Source: Podarcis pityusensis (taxonomy: Eukaryota). From it: a DNA stretch of 64,000 nt. The notes under the pieces were generated by a model. That model made no database searches. It saw nothing but the letters and a program-made list of their open reading frames with translations, and had not been told where the DNA came from. A program made the translations under genes and the position numbers. Below, piece by piece: positions 12,176-24,980 of the stretch (positions are counted from its first letter, which is position 1; every line of letters begins with the position of its first letter). The DNA lies in NCBI GenBank assembly GCA_964106645.2, contig OZ067042.1; one strand, given 5' to 3'.

Positions 12176-13515
12176 AGTAAGCCCCACTGAAATAAACTGA
12201 CTGACCATTATAGGATTGCACTGTTAGAATGGCAAATGAGTCTTCTCTGGTTCTGCCACTATGCCTTCTCACGCTGCTTATTTTTGGGCCGTATAGCAGT
12301 TGCATGGTGCTTTGCTCCTGTGACACTGTCAGAACGGTGACAGCTACTGCTGCCATAGCATTGCCACAGCGTCTGGAACCAGCTTGTTCTCTCCGTGCAA
12401 CATCGCCCATATCAGTGCAGCCAGCTGTTCTGCATTCAGTTCTATACACTAATTTTCCAGCAGTGATTGAATAAGTGACGATGCCAAGGCAAAGTGAAAT
12501 TCAAGGGTTTGCCGATTGAGATGCAGCTCACCGTTGAACCATACACATTTCTGTTTGCAGTACAAAATACAATCATGTTTCACTTCTCAGGTGTCCCTTG
12601 GGAGCCATGGAATAAAGTGAAGCAAACTGATCGTGAGTGATTGTGACTTAGTTAATATCCTTCTTTGTATTCCTCCTGTGGCTTTGTGCTTTCCACTGCC
12701 AGGACCATCCCCGTCTCTCCCACCATCACGCTGCTATGATCAGCCCTTCCTTTCTCCTGTCAGCCTGTTATGAACACTGCACAATGTTAAGCAGGCAAGC
12801 TAGGAAGGAGGGCTGACAGCCCCACTGCGTTAATGGCAAGGGGTTGCGCTCAAATTATTCCATTCAAAGTTTAATTCAAGTACGTTTCTGCTGTTACTGC
12901 CGCAGAAGAGATGTGACACTCTGAAGAGCAATCTTCTGCCACACAGAGAAAGAGCAAGTCCAGGAGAGAGAGAGAGAGAATTCTAATGCATCCCTGGGTA
13001 GTTTTGACATCTAATTGAGTTCAATTATGCATCGCACAGCAGACAGGAAAGATTGTCAGTTCACTCAGTTTCGAAAGCGCCCTGCTATAAGGCAAAGCTG
13101 TAATGTCGGGAGAGAGGAATACAGGCTTTATTACAGAAACAACCTTTTATGTCTTTGCCTACTGCGTCATGCATGAGCCTGGAAAAGAGATGGTTAAAAG
13201 TGGCACAACCTTGGGTTTCGTAATGCACCAGAATGAGAGATTGGGGTGTGAGGGGAGCATGATTGGACTATTCCTGTCAAGATAAGGAGTCAATTTAAGG
13301 AGACCCCTACTGAACTATGAATGGAGGACACTTTTAGTCAGCCCACATTTTTTAGTGAACCAACCTAATTCACATGTCCCAGTCTAATTCAGGGACCGTA
13401 ATATAATTATCCTCCAGAATTTTCACTTCTCTGAATTGTGTGATAGTTCTGCTTTAAAAAACAACAACACACCATTTAAATCTGCACTAAAAATGTGTAT
13501 GTCACAATAAAGTTT

Positions 13516-13650
13516 TAGCTCACTTGGCAGAGCCTGAGACCCTTAATCTCAGGGTTGTGGGTATGTGTCCCGTGTTTGGCAAAAGATTCCTGCATTGCAG
13601 GGGGGTTGCTGAAGACCCTTGTGGTCCTTTCCAACTCTATGATTCTGTGT
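13516..13650 (+). mobile_element. tRNA-derived SINE with CR1-type 3' tail
   Basis: tagctca...cttaatctcagggttgtgggt tRNA-like head; ggtcctttccaactctatgattct CR1 tail. Confidence 0.7.
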
Positions 13651-16600
13651 TTGGATGTGCATACCCTGAGATAAAATATATATTTAAATCTGAATGTTGT
13701 ACTTTTTAAAAGGAAAAAATTAACAGATTATTGCGGCCATAGGTCAAAGGGATGATTTAGGAATGGATTTAGGAATGAACACCTGTGAAATTGATGCAGA
13801 GCAAAGACAGACTGATCCATCCTTTCATATACTGAACAGTTCTTTGTTGCAATGGCATGAAGCTTCTCTTCAAACAAAATGGAAGAACAACTGAAATACT
13901 TAAACTACTACAAACATCATAAAATCAACCTTGGATTGGCCCATGGAGGACGTTTACAGGAGCAAGACTTACTGATTGGATGGTTGTCTGGGTTCTTTCC
14001 AGAAAAAAAGATAAATACAATCAATGCCATATTAGCATCTTGCCTTATTTCATATGCTGCAAAGTCATCTCTTAAAGTCATGAAATGGCATTATTTACAG
14101 CTGGATTTACAAATGAAGAAAAGGCTTCTCACAATCAAACAAAACTGTGTATACATCTTTTTAGAGCTTTAGCAGTGCACACTGCAGTTTAAATCAAATT
14201 TCATTAACTTGATTATAAAATCTGCCTAATTGACTGCACTTGCCATGCATTTGCAGAATGTGGGCTTCGTTTTGGATCTTGCTTGCAATGAACTAATAAA
14301 CTTGACATTATTACTATTTTTTATTACATTTATGAGTCACTTCCTATGAGCATCTGAAAGCAATTTGCAGTACAATAAGAACATATAAAGCAATTACATA
14401 AAAAGTTAAAAGAATTGCATACATAAAAATCTAAAACAAAAATGGACTTTTTGCCCTACCACTTGACAGTAATGGATCACTTTTTGTACTGGTGGTACAG
14501 GAACAGCAGGAAGCTATGGTTAGAGATTCAAATTTCTAGCATTTGGACCTGCTGAACCAATAAGCAGGACACCACCACTACCCCTAAATATGGAGGGCAC
14601 ACCGAAGTTTGCTATCACTTCCTGACTCTCTGACTCTCCTTAACTATAGTAAGAGATATACTACTAAATATAGTTTTTGAAAGAAGGCAAGCAGGTTGGG
14701 GCTGGATGGAGACATACTGATGTCGATGGAGTAGTGCCCCATTTGCCGAAATGGGCCAATGTTTGCTGGACTGTACTTTGGTTTGTTCTATAATAAGGGT
14801 GCTGGCAGCTGTTATGAAGCATCTTTCATCTCCTTAGTTTTGAGGGACAGCTTTGAAAAGCCATCCTTTCATATCTTGCTAGTAATCCAGGTGTGTCAGA
14901 CGTACCGAATTTCTGTTTCATTTTGTCTGTTGTAATCTTAGAAGTACCTAAACCATTTCAATAACCTCCTATCAGTATATGTGTGTGTGTGTGAATAAAC
15001 AAGTCAGTAGGATGTTTCGCCTCCATCGTCACAACGTCGGGCTGCAGCTATTTAAGCTGCAATTTTCTCGTGGAAAGTTTCAAGGTTCCCTCATGTTGAA
15101 ACCTGACTGCATGGATATGTGTATAATAATTTCACGCAGCGGCACTGGCTTGTTAGCCTCTTTAAATCTGCTCTGTAGAAGAAACAGGGAAAGAGGGATA
15201 TGGCATACTGAGGAAGAGAGGAAACAATCCAGATCACAGCTATGACTAATGCAGATGATATAAAAGCATACGGTATAATTCAACCATCAGCCTGAGGCAA
15301 CCTCCAAGCACAAGATGGATGATAATGCCTCTGTGTCACATCTCCCTAATATTCTCTGAGGCAGGTTTGTCAAGTGTGAGGCCAGGCTTTCCAAAGCAGC
15401 CGGCCTCCTGCTGAGCAGCTGTAATGAGCAGAGTGGAGGGTGTGAAGACAGCTGCCTTTAACAGTGTAGCTTGCCACTCTCTCCCTTTCTTTGTACACCA
15501 AAGGGCTTGAGGCAGGCTGCTGTGTGAAAAGACAATGCCCTTTGGTGGGCAAAGTGTTGTTGACTATTCAGCCTGGTTCCTTAGCTACCTTCACACTGAA
15601 ATCCCCAGGGCTGGCCAACTTCTTATGGCCTTAACTGGAGCAGCTGACTCAAGGGTCCTCCAAAACAAGGAGTCTCCCATAATGACAGGTTGCTCTAGAG
15701 AAACCCTGGGTTAAATATTTCCATGTGATTGAGTGGATCCACATGACCATCTTTACTCGATTTAGCCAAGGCATGGAGAGTCACTGCATGGAAGTAACCT
15801 CACTTTGACAGACTTAAGATAAGGTTTCAAGGCTAAAATGAATTCTAAACAAACCAGGACCCACCAGGTCTTGAGGCCTGTTTTTGAAGTCTAGCCAGAT
15901 CCCACCCTTTTGCTAACAGAATAGCCTGTTTTGTCCAAGGAGTTGCTGCCTGGGAGTGACAAACACATGTCCAGAAGCCTGAAGTCATATTTTAGAAAAT
16001 AAAACATGTTTTGTAAGGATAAGATCAGCCTTATTGGACCTAGCAGTCTTTGGGTCCAGTATCACAGGTATGATAGCAGACAGAATGCAAATGGATAACT
16101 GCACAGGTAACAGGTATGCTGTTTTGTTGCCCATCGTTTGTTTTCCACTGGGGTCATTAGTCATACCTGCAGGCCTTGCCAGAAAATGCATGCCCTGACC
16201 ACAAGCAGTGGACACAGAAATTTGTGGCAGGGAATGTAATGGTAATGGGGAAACACACATATTAGTGGAAGACCATTGTTATGAAGGCTCAGTTGTCTAG
16301 GAATGCAATGGCAAAAGCAATTATGCATGGCTCTCCACGTGATGTGGGTGATCCAAGTGGCAAGCTGTTCTGCCCATATGGCTGCTACATACAGCTACTA
16401 CTCCCATGGTGGAAGTTGTTTCAGGTGTCCTCCACATAGTGCAGGAAAAATCCATGCAGCTGTTGTTGAACTGCCATTCCCAGCTTCTCTGGGCCATTGA
16501 CCATGACTGGTGGACGTTGAGGTCCAACAACAGCTGGATGGCACCACTTTGGCTACCCTTGGAGTAGTGGCGATTATATGTAGATTGAACCTAATCCAAA

Positions 16601-19234
16601 AGATGCTGAAATCCTTATGTATCTCACACCATGCCTGAACAAACCTTCTCCTGAAGCCACACTATCCTTAGAAACTGCCTCCAAACCGTCAAAGTCTAAC
16701 TCTCTAATCTAAATAAGGGTCACGGCTATGGAAAAGTGGTGAATTCTGCCACAGAAATTTTGAGCTTTAGTGGTGCTAAAACAGAGTCCCTCCTACAGCA
16801 GAATTTGAGAGATACACATATCTTTGAGAGATATAATATGGCACCCCACATGGCACCACTGAGCAGCTGCTGACAGGCATCTGTGGATGAGCAAGTCCTT
16901 TAGGGATGCTTGCCAACCAAGTAGCTGGAGGAAGATGCTGAGAAGCGAAAGAGCTTTAAGGGAGCTGGAGGAGGAGGGTGACAGTTATATCTCTGCGTGG
17001 GAGGGAAAGTTACAAACAACCTCTGTTGCTATAGTGTCACTTCATTCCCACAAAACTCCCGCGAACGCAACAACTGCTTCACATTTGTGGTGGGGAAGCA
17101 AGTCCAAACCCAATTATTTCTCGCACACTCCTGATCTCCAGCCATACTTCAAAATGGAAGCAAAGATGCTCCCCTCTTCTTTCCCTGCCACCCCTTAGAA
17201 CATTGTTTTGTACATTGTTGCCGTTAGGCTTTAAGGGAAAGCATTCCGTCTCTCGCTTGGTCTTGCCAAATCCAATTTCCTCTTTGCCATGCTTCCCACA
17301 GATACGATCATGATTGCCGCTCATTTGCTGCCAGAGTTCTTCTCAGATAAGCAATATGCAGATGGCTGAGTTTAGCTGTAACCAGACTCCCATCGAACAG
17401 CACAATCCGAAGACAGTGCCAGTGCTTTGGATTATATGCAGCTCCAATGTAATCCCTTCTATCATGGTGGGCTAAGTCTAGTAAACATTGCTAGATCTAG
17501 GCAAAAAGTTAATCTGACATGACATTTCATGCTCAAGTAACGAAGAAATAATGGCAACAAGCACATCTTAGTGGATAAAAGCACTAGCTTCCTTGTACAA
17601 ATTATACCCCAGTTTTGAACTCACAAGATGGCCTTTACCAAAACCAAAACACTCCATAAGCCCCAGTTTAACACCTGTAGAAAGCAGAATCTGGGGCTGC
17701 TATCTTCTGGTATAAATACAAGTCCCCGCTACAAAACCCAGCTATCTAGAGGCTGGTTTTCTTAAAAAAAGAGAAGCCTGGAACTGCAATGGGTTCCTGA
17801 AAGCAAACACGCATGCCAAAACTAGTAAAGCAGCCTAGATCCAAAAGGAAAGCTATCAGCAGAAGGGGCACCTGTACGGAGCCCCTGGCCTACCTGGCAG
17901 AAAGTGCGCAAAGTCCAAAGGTCAGGAAACACAGTCAATTGACAAAATCAAGTCTGAAGTACAGCAGTCAGGATACAGTCCAGAATCAACCCGACAGAGG
18001 TCCAGGAGCAACCAAGCCAAGGTCCATCAACATGGGCAGTTGAGCAGACACAGCACCTCAGCTCTGTTTCCCTTGTGTACTTTGCATGCTGATTGCAGCA
18101 TCTGAGCTTGATGAGGCAGGTGACTCTCACCTGTTCCAAGCCTCCTCCAGCTGAGGAATCACAGCCCTCTTTCCAGAGCTAGCAAGCCCCACCTGGCCAG
18201 CCAGGGAGCTGGGCTGTGGGCTTTTGCCTGCCTCAGCCTCCAAGAGCACCCCTCCCGCTGCTCCCTATGCCTCAGAGCCCACTGTGTTTGTGGTGACAGG
18301 GGCTCCTCTGGCTCTGGTGACGAATCCTGCTGCTTTGGTTCCTGTGTACTGACCCCCATCCCCTCATCATCCTCCATCACCCTGTGAGTACTTCCTACAC
18401 CAACCTCTCTTTCCCCATCCCCTGCTTGCCCTGATGTGTCCCAGTCCCAGCTACACCCCTCACTGGGATCCTCCTCCTCCTCGTCCTGCTCTGGGAAAAG
18501 AGAGGAGCCCTAGCTCAAGAGGAAGACAAGTTGGCTGTGGAACCAAAACTTAGGAATCCTGTTTCAGCACAAGATTTTTGACACGAGAGAGAAGCCGTTT
18601 GACAGCAAAGACATAACTCAGGATACAGGGTGAAGATCGCTCCTCAGTGATTGAGGCAAACCCAGACCAAAGTTTCCCTATCCTTGCCCTTGGAAGAAAC
18701 TCCTGTTAGGGCGCAGACCAAGTGAGAAAGGGAACAAGGACACACTTGGCTGTGAACGTGAATGCCTTTGCTCTGCTACAGACTTACAATATTATCTTTT
18801 CTTTTCTATAAAAAGGGCTACTACAGTTTGAGCTGATCCATGCTACCTTCCTCATGAAACTGGATGCTGGTAGGTTTGAGCATGCTGGCTGCTCTCTACG
18901 GTCCATCATTTCCCTGCCTTACGTAACCTGTATTGCTTCCCAGAGGCCCAGATAATGAATTTCAAAGGTGTCGCCTGCTTGCCCAGCCCTAATTGACTCA
19001 GCTTCCATTTACGTCACTGAGCCTGTTAATTATTCAGGGCAGATTTCTCAGTTGGCCACAGTCAATACTACCTAGCAACTGCTCTTGATACTTCAGCCTG
19101 CTCCCCGCCAGGCTTCCTGGTAAAAGCAGATGCTGCATTTAGAAATGCAGTTCTGGCACTTCTCTTTAAAGCCTCTTATTAGCTCACAGTACAATCACCG
19201 AGGTTTAAAAGCAAAACAAAAACAGAAAAGCAAC

Positions 19235-19392
19235 ATGAACATAAGAACATAAAATAGCCATAATGGATCAGACCAGCAGTGGCCAATCAGATATTGCTAG
19301 AAACTCGGGACATAAGGCCAATAGTCCTCTCCATATTATTGTTCCCCAGCAACTGATGTTTGGAGCCATATAGCCTCTGAACCAAGAGGTAA
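19235..19392 (-). mobile_element. Degenerate CR1 LINE 3' end
   Basis: aacataagaacataa...ggatcagacca...ttgttccccagcaactg...gcctctgaacc pattern. Confidence 0.5.
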
Positions 19393-20785
19393 TATTGTGA
19401 ATTCGTCCAATCTTCTTCTAAAACAATCTAATTTAAAACAATCTTTTCACTGCATGCCTTGCCAGAGCAGAAGTAAGAACCACACCAATGAAATGAAATC
19501 AGGCTGCCCCTGCAGGACGGCAGCCCTTATAACATTCTTAGATACACATGATTTTCAAGAACCAGCTACTGCCCACTACAAATGTTCCCATCTCGATTCT
19601 GTCACTTAGAATGGGAATTGATTGACACCACAACAATATGTTTCATGGTCACCTTGTTTCTTGAGGCCATGGCAACTCCCTGCTAATGTCTGACTCACTG
19701 GCCAAGAGCACAAGTTGTCAATTTTACCTGCCTACACAGGCTGAAGGGGGAGAAAAAAGCAGCCAGAACATCAGTTGCTGTTGTTTTTTTTATTCTGAAA
19801 TAGACTGATATTCTCAAGGGGGCAGTGGCCATTTTGTAAAACTGGCAGCTGAAGAGAACTCTGAACTTTGGCTCTACCCAAACAGTAAACAACGTTTTAA
19901 AATGATGTTTGGCATCAAGGCTCAGTTTCTGTCGACTGACACCTCATTTTTACATCTCCCAAACCATATTGATAGCACAAGGTTTCTAAATGCTGCCACC
20001 AAACCAATAATATAACTCTGGTAGTGAGAAATACTTGCTTCTTCCTGGAAACTCTTTTGCATTCATTGTTACAGAACGCCAATAACCTTCATGTTAGCAA
20101 TTCTAACCACAAATTTCAAAATGCCATTGATGCTTATAAAAGTTGATTGTTCTACATTCACCTTCTCAGGAGTCCACAAGTACACTGCTACAGCCACAGT
20201 GGTGGAAGCTGGTGTTTCCAAAATTGTTACTCCAGAAAAAAAAGACATGAGGGGCACCTGTTGTCCAATCAGCAGCCACCCAATGTCCCAATAACTAGGA
20301 TCCCACCAACACTCTGACACCTCCAAACAGCTGAGATGCCACCAGGACACCTTGCTAAGCTTTTCAGCCCTTGGTTCTACCCACCCAAAGCTCCTCCTGA
20401 CTGCTTCAGGGGCGGAGGAAGGGGGCGCGGTGAGGGCAAGCCACCCCAGGTGTCACCACTGAGGGGGGGATGACAAATGCCGGGTGGCACTCACTGCGGG
20501 GCCTGCAGTGCGCCTGAGCCACGCATCTCTTCTGGGAGTGATGTGTTGGCTTGGGCACCCACAGGCTCCAAATAGTAGGGAGAGTTAGGTATTGTATACC
20601 TCTCTTATATGCATTTTGCTTCTCCAACAAGGCTAGTAGCAGTGGGCGCATCTTTGTTTGTTGGAGTAGGGAGGTTGTTTTATAGGTTTCTTTTGAAAGA
20701 GATGGATCTCCTGAGTCACATTGTGTGTATTGTGGCCTTGTGTGCCAAGGCATACAGTCCCCAAGCCCACTCCTGCTCCCACAAT

Positions 20786-20842
20786 TGTAGGGGTTAGACT
20801 AGATGACTCTTTGGGTCCCCTTCCAACTCTACCATTATTCTA
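20786..20842 (+). mobile_element. CR1-type 3' tail fragment
   Basis: ggggttagactagatgac...ggtccccttccaactctac. Confidence 0.6.
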
Positions 20843-20889
20843 ATTTGCTGCTGGAGTACATGCAGGAGGAGACCATGCGTGAGCCATGC

Positions 20890-20996
20890 AGGAGCTTCCT
20901 GCAGCCAATCAGAAGCCGCGCTTTGGTTTCTGAACATTTTGGAAGTCAAACGGACTTCCGGAATGGATTCCGTTCGACTTCCAAGGTACGACTGTA
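20890..20996. mobile_element. Tc1/mariner MITE end fragment
   Basis: Ends ccaaggtacgactgTA, the same terminus type as the 36107 element. Confidence 0.65.
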
Positions 20997-22381
20997 CAAG
21001 GCAGAGATAGGATTTGAACCTCAACTCTTAAGCTCCCCAAATTTTGGTCTTCAATTATTTTATTCCATACACACACAAACCCCCATTTCCCCCCCTTGTA
21101 TCTTCTGCCCGATCTATGGGTCCCAACCTTTTCTTCTCTCTGCCTTCCGTGAGCCCCTTCGGCATTTGCCAAAGGACAGATACTCAATGGGGCAGGCAGA
21201 GAAAATCTCTGCGGACCCTTTCCATGCATGCTCTGACCTGCTCTGGATGTGATTGCCAGCAAAAAATCAACACGTTGATTTATATTATGGGTTTTTCAGG
21301 GAGGGGAGTGTCAGACTTTTAAGAATTTGAGAAGGCGTCAGGGGTCTCTGACTGTATGCCTGATTGCGGTACTGCCAAGATCAATAAAGACAATAACAGA
21401 CAGAAAAAAAGAAAATACAGAATAAGGCAAAAGTATCACCTGTGAGATAACCAAGGGCTGGGATGGAGGCAATCATACCGCCTTTATCTCATCATGTGTT
21501 CATACTCCCTTTATAAATGAGAGACTGGTTGTGTATGTTCTTGCAATGCCACCTAGTGGACACAATTAAAATCAAGCCAATATTGTCTCAATATTGTGTA
21601 TTAATGAATACACATACTCACACAAAACCACTATCTTGTGGCATCTGAAATGACTAACAGGTTACTTGTGACACCAGGAGCTTCTCCGCAGCACATTTCT
21701 ATCCCCATCCCTCCACCACTCCCATATTATCCCATCTGAATGGTGTTGCTTAGCTTATTTTTCAGTAGCTGCTTTGTTAACAGTTTCTATAGACTGTACT
21801 TGGTTCACTGATGATTTTTAAATTGTTCCATATGATTTATGCTGTGTTTTTGATGTTCTGCCATGTTATTGTTGCTTCCTGTTTGCAAGCCGCTTTGGGA
21901 TTTATTTGAATGAAAAACAGCATGGAAATATAATAAATCAAATCACAGAATCATAGAATCCTTAATCTTCCCACTTTTCACCTTCACAATCCTATTTCTG
22001 AAGCCACTTGTCTCTCCTGTTCTGTAGCCCTGCTTTGCCCTTCCCCCTTGTCACCTTCACCCCATGCTCATCCCTCCTCCTTCCCCCCTTTTTTTGCACC
22101 TCCCCTTGTACCCAAGGCTTTCCCATAGTAACCTCCTGGCCCCGCACAGCCCCCAAGCTGCCAGCTAAATGTGTCACTGGGCTTTGGCAAGGAGCCATGA
22201 GGTTCTGGCAGGGTCCTAGAGCCCTCCCACCTCCTTCGCAAAGCTGAGAAAGCGCTAACCAGGCTAACTCTCACACCTCCTTTCCAAAGCCCAGGACTCC
22301 ACCTACCTGGCTCTGAAAGGATGGGGGGGGCAAATGTTGCTGAGGGCCACCCAAAAAAGGCATTGAGGGTCAAAAACTTAG

Positions 22382-22824
22382 ATAATAATAATTTATTATT
22401 TATACCCCATCCATCTGGCTGGGTTTCCCCAGCCACTCTGAGCAGCTCCCAACAGAATATTAGAAACATGATAACACATCAAACATTAAAAACTTCCCTA
22501 AACAGGGCTGCCTTCAGATGTCTTTTAAAAGTCAGATAGTTGTTTATTTCCTTGACATCTGACTGGAGGGCATTCCACAGGGTGAGTGCCACTACCAAGA
22601 ACGCCCTCTGCCTGGTTCCCTGTAACCTTAGTTCTCACAGTGAGGGAACCGCTAGAAGGCCCTCGGAGCTGGACCTCAGTGTCTGGGCAGAATAATGGGG
22701 GTAGAGACGCTCCTTCAGGTATACTGGGCCGAGGCTGTTTAGGGCTTTAAAGGTCAGCACCAACCCTTTGAATTTTGCTCAGAAATGTACTGAGAGACAA
22801 TGTAGGTCTTTCAGGACCGGTGTT
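22382..22824 (-). mobile_element. L2 LINE 3' fragment (RT C-terminus plus tail)
   Basis: Minus translation TPVLKDLHCLSVHF*AKFKGLVLTFKALNSLGPVYLKERL, followed by the typical 3' UTR and short tandem tail. Confidence 0.85.
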
Positions 22825-24051
22825 GCATGTGGCCTTTGGGCTGTTTGCTGGACCATCTTCTTGATAAATTCTACATTACTTACAAAGGGTTGCATTTGAC
22901 TAACTTTTACTCAAAGTAAACCCAAAGTAGAATAGGAGATGGAACAGGAGAGAAGCTTGATGGCTTAGGCATTGCTTGCAGCCTCCAACATGGAGAGACT
23001 CCATATCAACGTACTAACGTAGGTTTTGGGAGCAGACCTGCAGGAGAATTCAACTGAGCAAAGCATTTGCTGCTGCCTCCTAATGGACCATTTCCCTGAA
23101 CACAATCTTTGATGTACTTAACCTAGCAATGTGATCCCATCCGGTGAGCATTGGCATGGTACGGTTACATGTTTGACAACCTGAACAATACATTTTCTTT
23201 TTATATGCTTTGTGCAATGCTGTAGACTGTGACAAGAACAAAACAGTAAAACACAGCAGGGCTTGCCCAGTTGTCCAGTTAAAGTCTGTTTGCATAAAAA
23301 ACATAAAACGTTTCTGTATCCTTTTGCCATTAAAAAAGAGAGAGCCGGAAATGACCTCTTGGGAACCATTAGACAATTCGAATGTATCAGAGTGAGTCAT
23401 TTTCTGGCTTAGCAGGAATTTTCAGTAGCTCTCACCCTTCGAGGTTGGAACTTAATGATGAAATCAACGGCGGAATTTCAATCAGATTTCTTAATAAAGC
23501 AAAGCAAGGAGGTGTTAATAAAAGAGCAGGGGATCTTGCAGTGCATTGCTGCGACTAATCTTTAAATCACTAAAAGTGATGGACAAATTACTCTTAACTC
23601 CTCCGCTAGCATTTATCTTTTGCTCTGAAATATTAATGGCCAGTTTGCGTTTAATTCAGTTACTATAGCAGATGAACTACCTGAACCAATATATGAAAAG
23701 ATCACAAATCACTTTCCCTGTCCCCTGGTTGAATCTCTGCCTTGGCAATGAGGATAGTCAACCTCACATTGCTACCATCACTTAAAGGATGTCCTTCTCC
23801 CACCCCTGGGGGCAGGGGGACTTGTTCTCTCCATGTGTCTATCATGGCCACCTTGAGCCTAATTCACCGCTTCAGCTCCACCTACACAGGACCAACTGAG
23901 GCTTTATCACATCCACTAATGATCACATCACCTTAACCTGGTTAGAACTCTGTGTGGGTAGGGTGATGTCTTTTGTGTTAGCTTCTCACTTAACTGGATT
24001 TGTGCAGTAAATGACCAGCAATGGTGACATCTACACCAGACCTTTAACATA

Positions 24052-24160
24052 CACTGCTTCTCCCAAAGAATTCTTGGAACTGTAGTTTACCCCGCACAGA
24101 GCTCTGGTTCCCAGCACCCTTTACAAACTACAGCTCCCAGAATTCTTTGGGGGAAGCCCC
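24052..24160. repeat. Palindromic interspersed repeat (MITE-like)
   Basis: cccaaagaattcttggaactgtagttt ... aaactacagctcccagaattctttggg inverted arms. Confidence 0.7.
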
Positions 24161-24605
24161 ATCAAATATGCTTTGGATAGGGCAGTATCACACTAGGACT
24201 GGGGAAACCTGGATCGAGTTCTCCACTTAGCCCCAAAGGGTAGGATAGAAATGTTGTCATGACAACAATGGCCTTGAAGAAGGTCCAGAGCTGCTTTGGA
24301 TACTTATCAAACAATTCAATCACCCCGCATCAAAATCCAGTTCAAAAGTTACTTTGCCTCCATGGAGCACAGACCACACAGAAGCGATTTTTAAATTACA
24401 ACCATGCAGCCTTGATGTTTAAATTGGCACATAGATCTGTGCTGCTGTCACAACGTAATATTTCATATGAGGTAGGAAAACCATGAAGCTTTCATGCTCA
24501 CTTTTATAAAGCCCTGAACTGTGCCTTTCTATTGCATTTTTCTGGGGAGAGGTGGTCAAGCTGCTCAGGCTACCTGAGGGTATCCCTCCCCTCCCATTCT
24601 ACTTG

Positions 24606-24980
24606 CGGGTGGCGCTGTGGTCTAAACCACTGAGCTTCTTGGGCTTGCCGATCAGAAGGTTAGCGGTTTGAATCCATGCGACAGGGTGGGCTCCCGTTGC
24701 TGTCCCAGCTCCTGCCAACCTAGCAGTTCGAAAGCACACCAGTGAGAGTAGATAAATAGGTACCGCTGCGGCGGAAGGTAAACAGCATTTCGGTGCTTTC
24801 TGGTTTCCGTCAAGGTGTTCTGTTGCACCAGAAGTGGTTTAGTCATGCTGGCCACATGACCCAGAAAACTGTCTGTGGACAAACGCCAGCTTCCTTGGCC
24901 TGAAAGCAAAATAAGCGCCACAACCCCATAGTCGCCTTTGATAGGACTTAACCATCCAGGGGTCCTTTACCTTTACCTAC
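24606..24980 (+). mobile_element. Sauria SINE, near full length (long subfamily)
   Basis: Same head and tail as the 6375 copy; TSD ctacttg at 24599-24605 and 24981-24987. Confidence 0.93.

Noticed and set aside
13516-13585. tRNA-like sequence
   Set aside because: Degenerate B box and a CR1-type tail show it is a SINE head, not a tRNA gene
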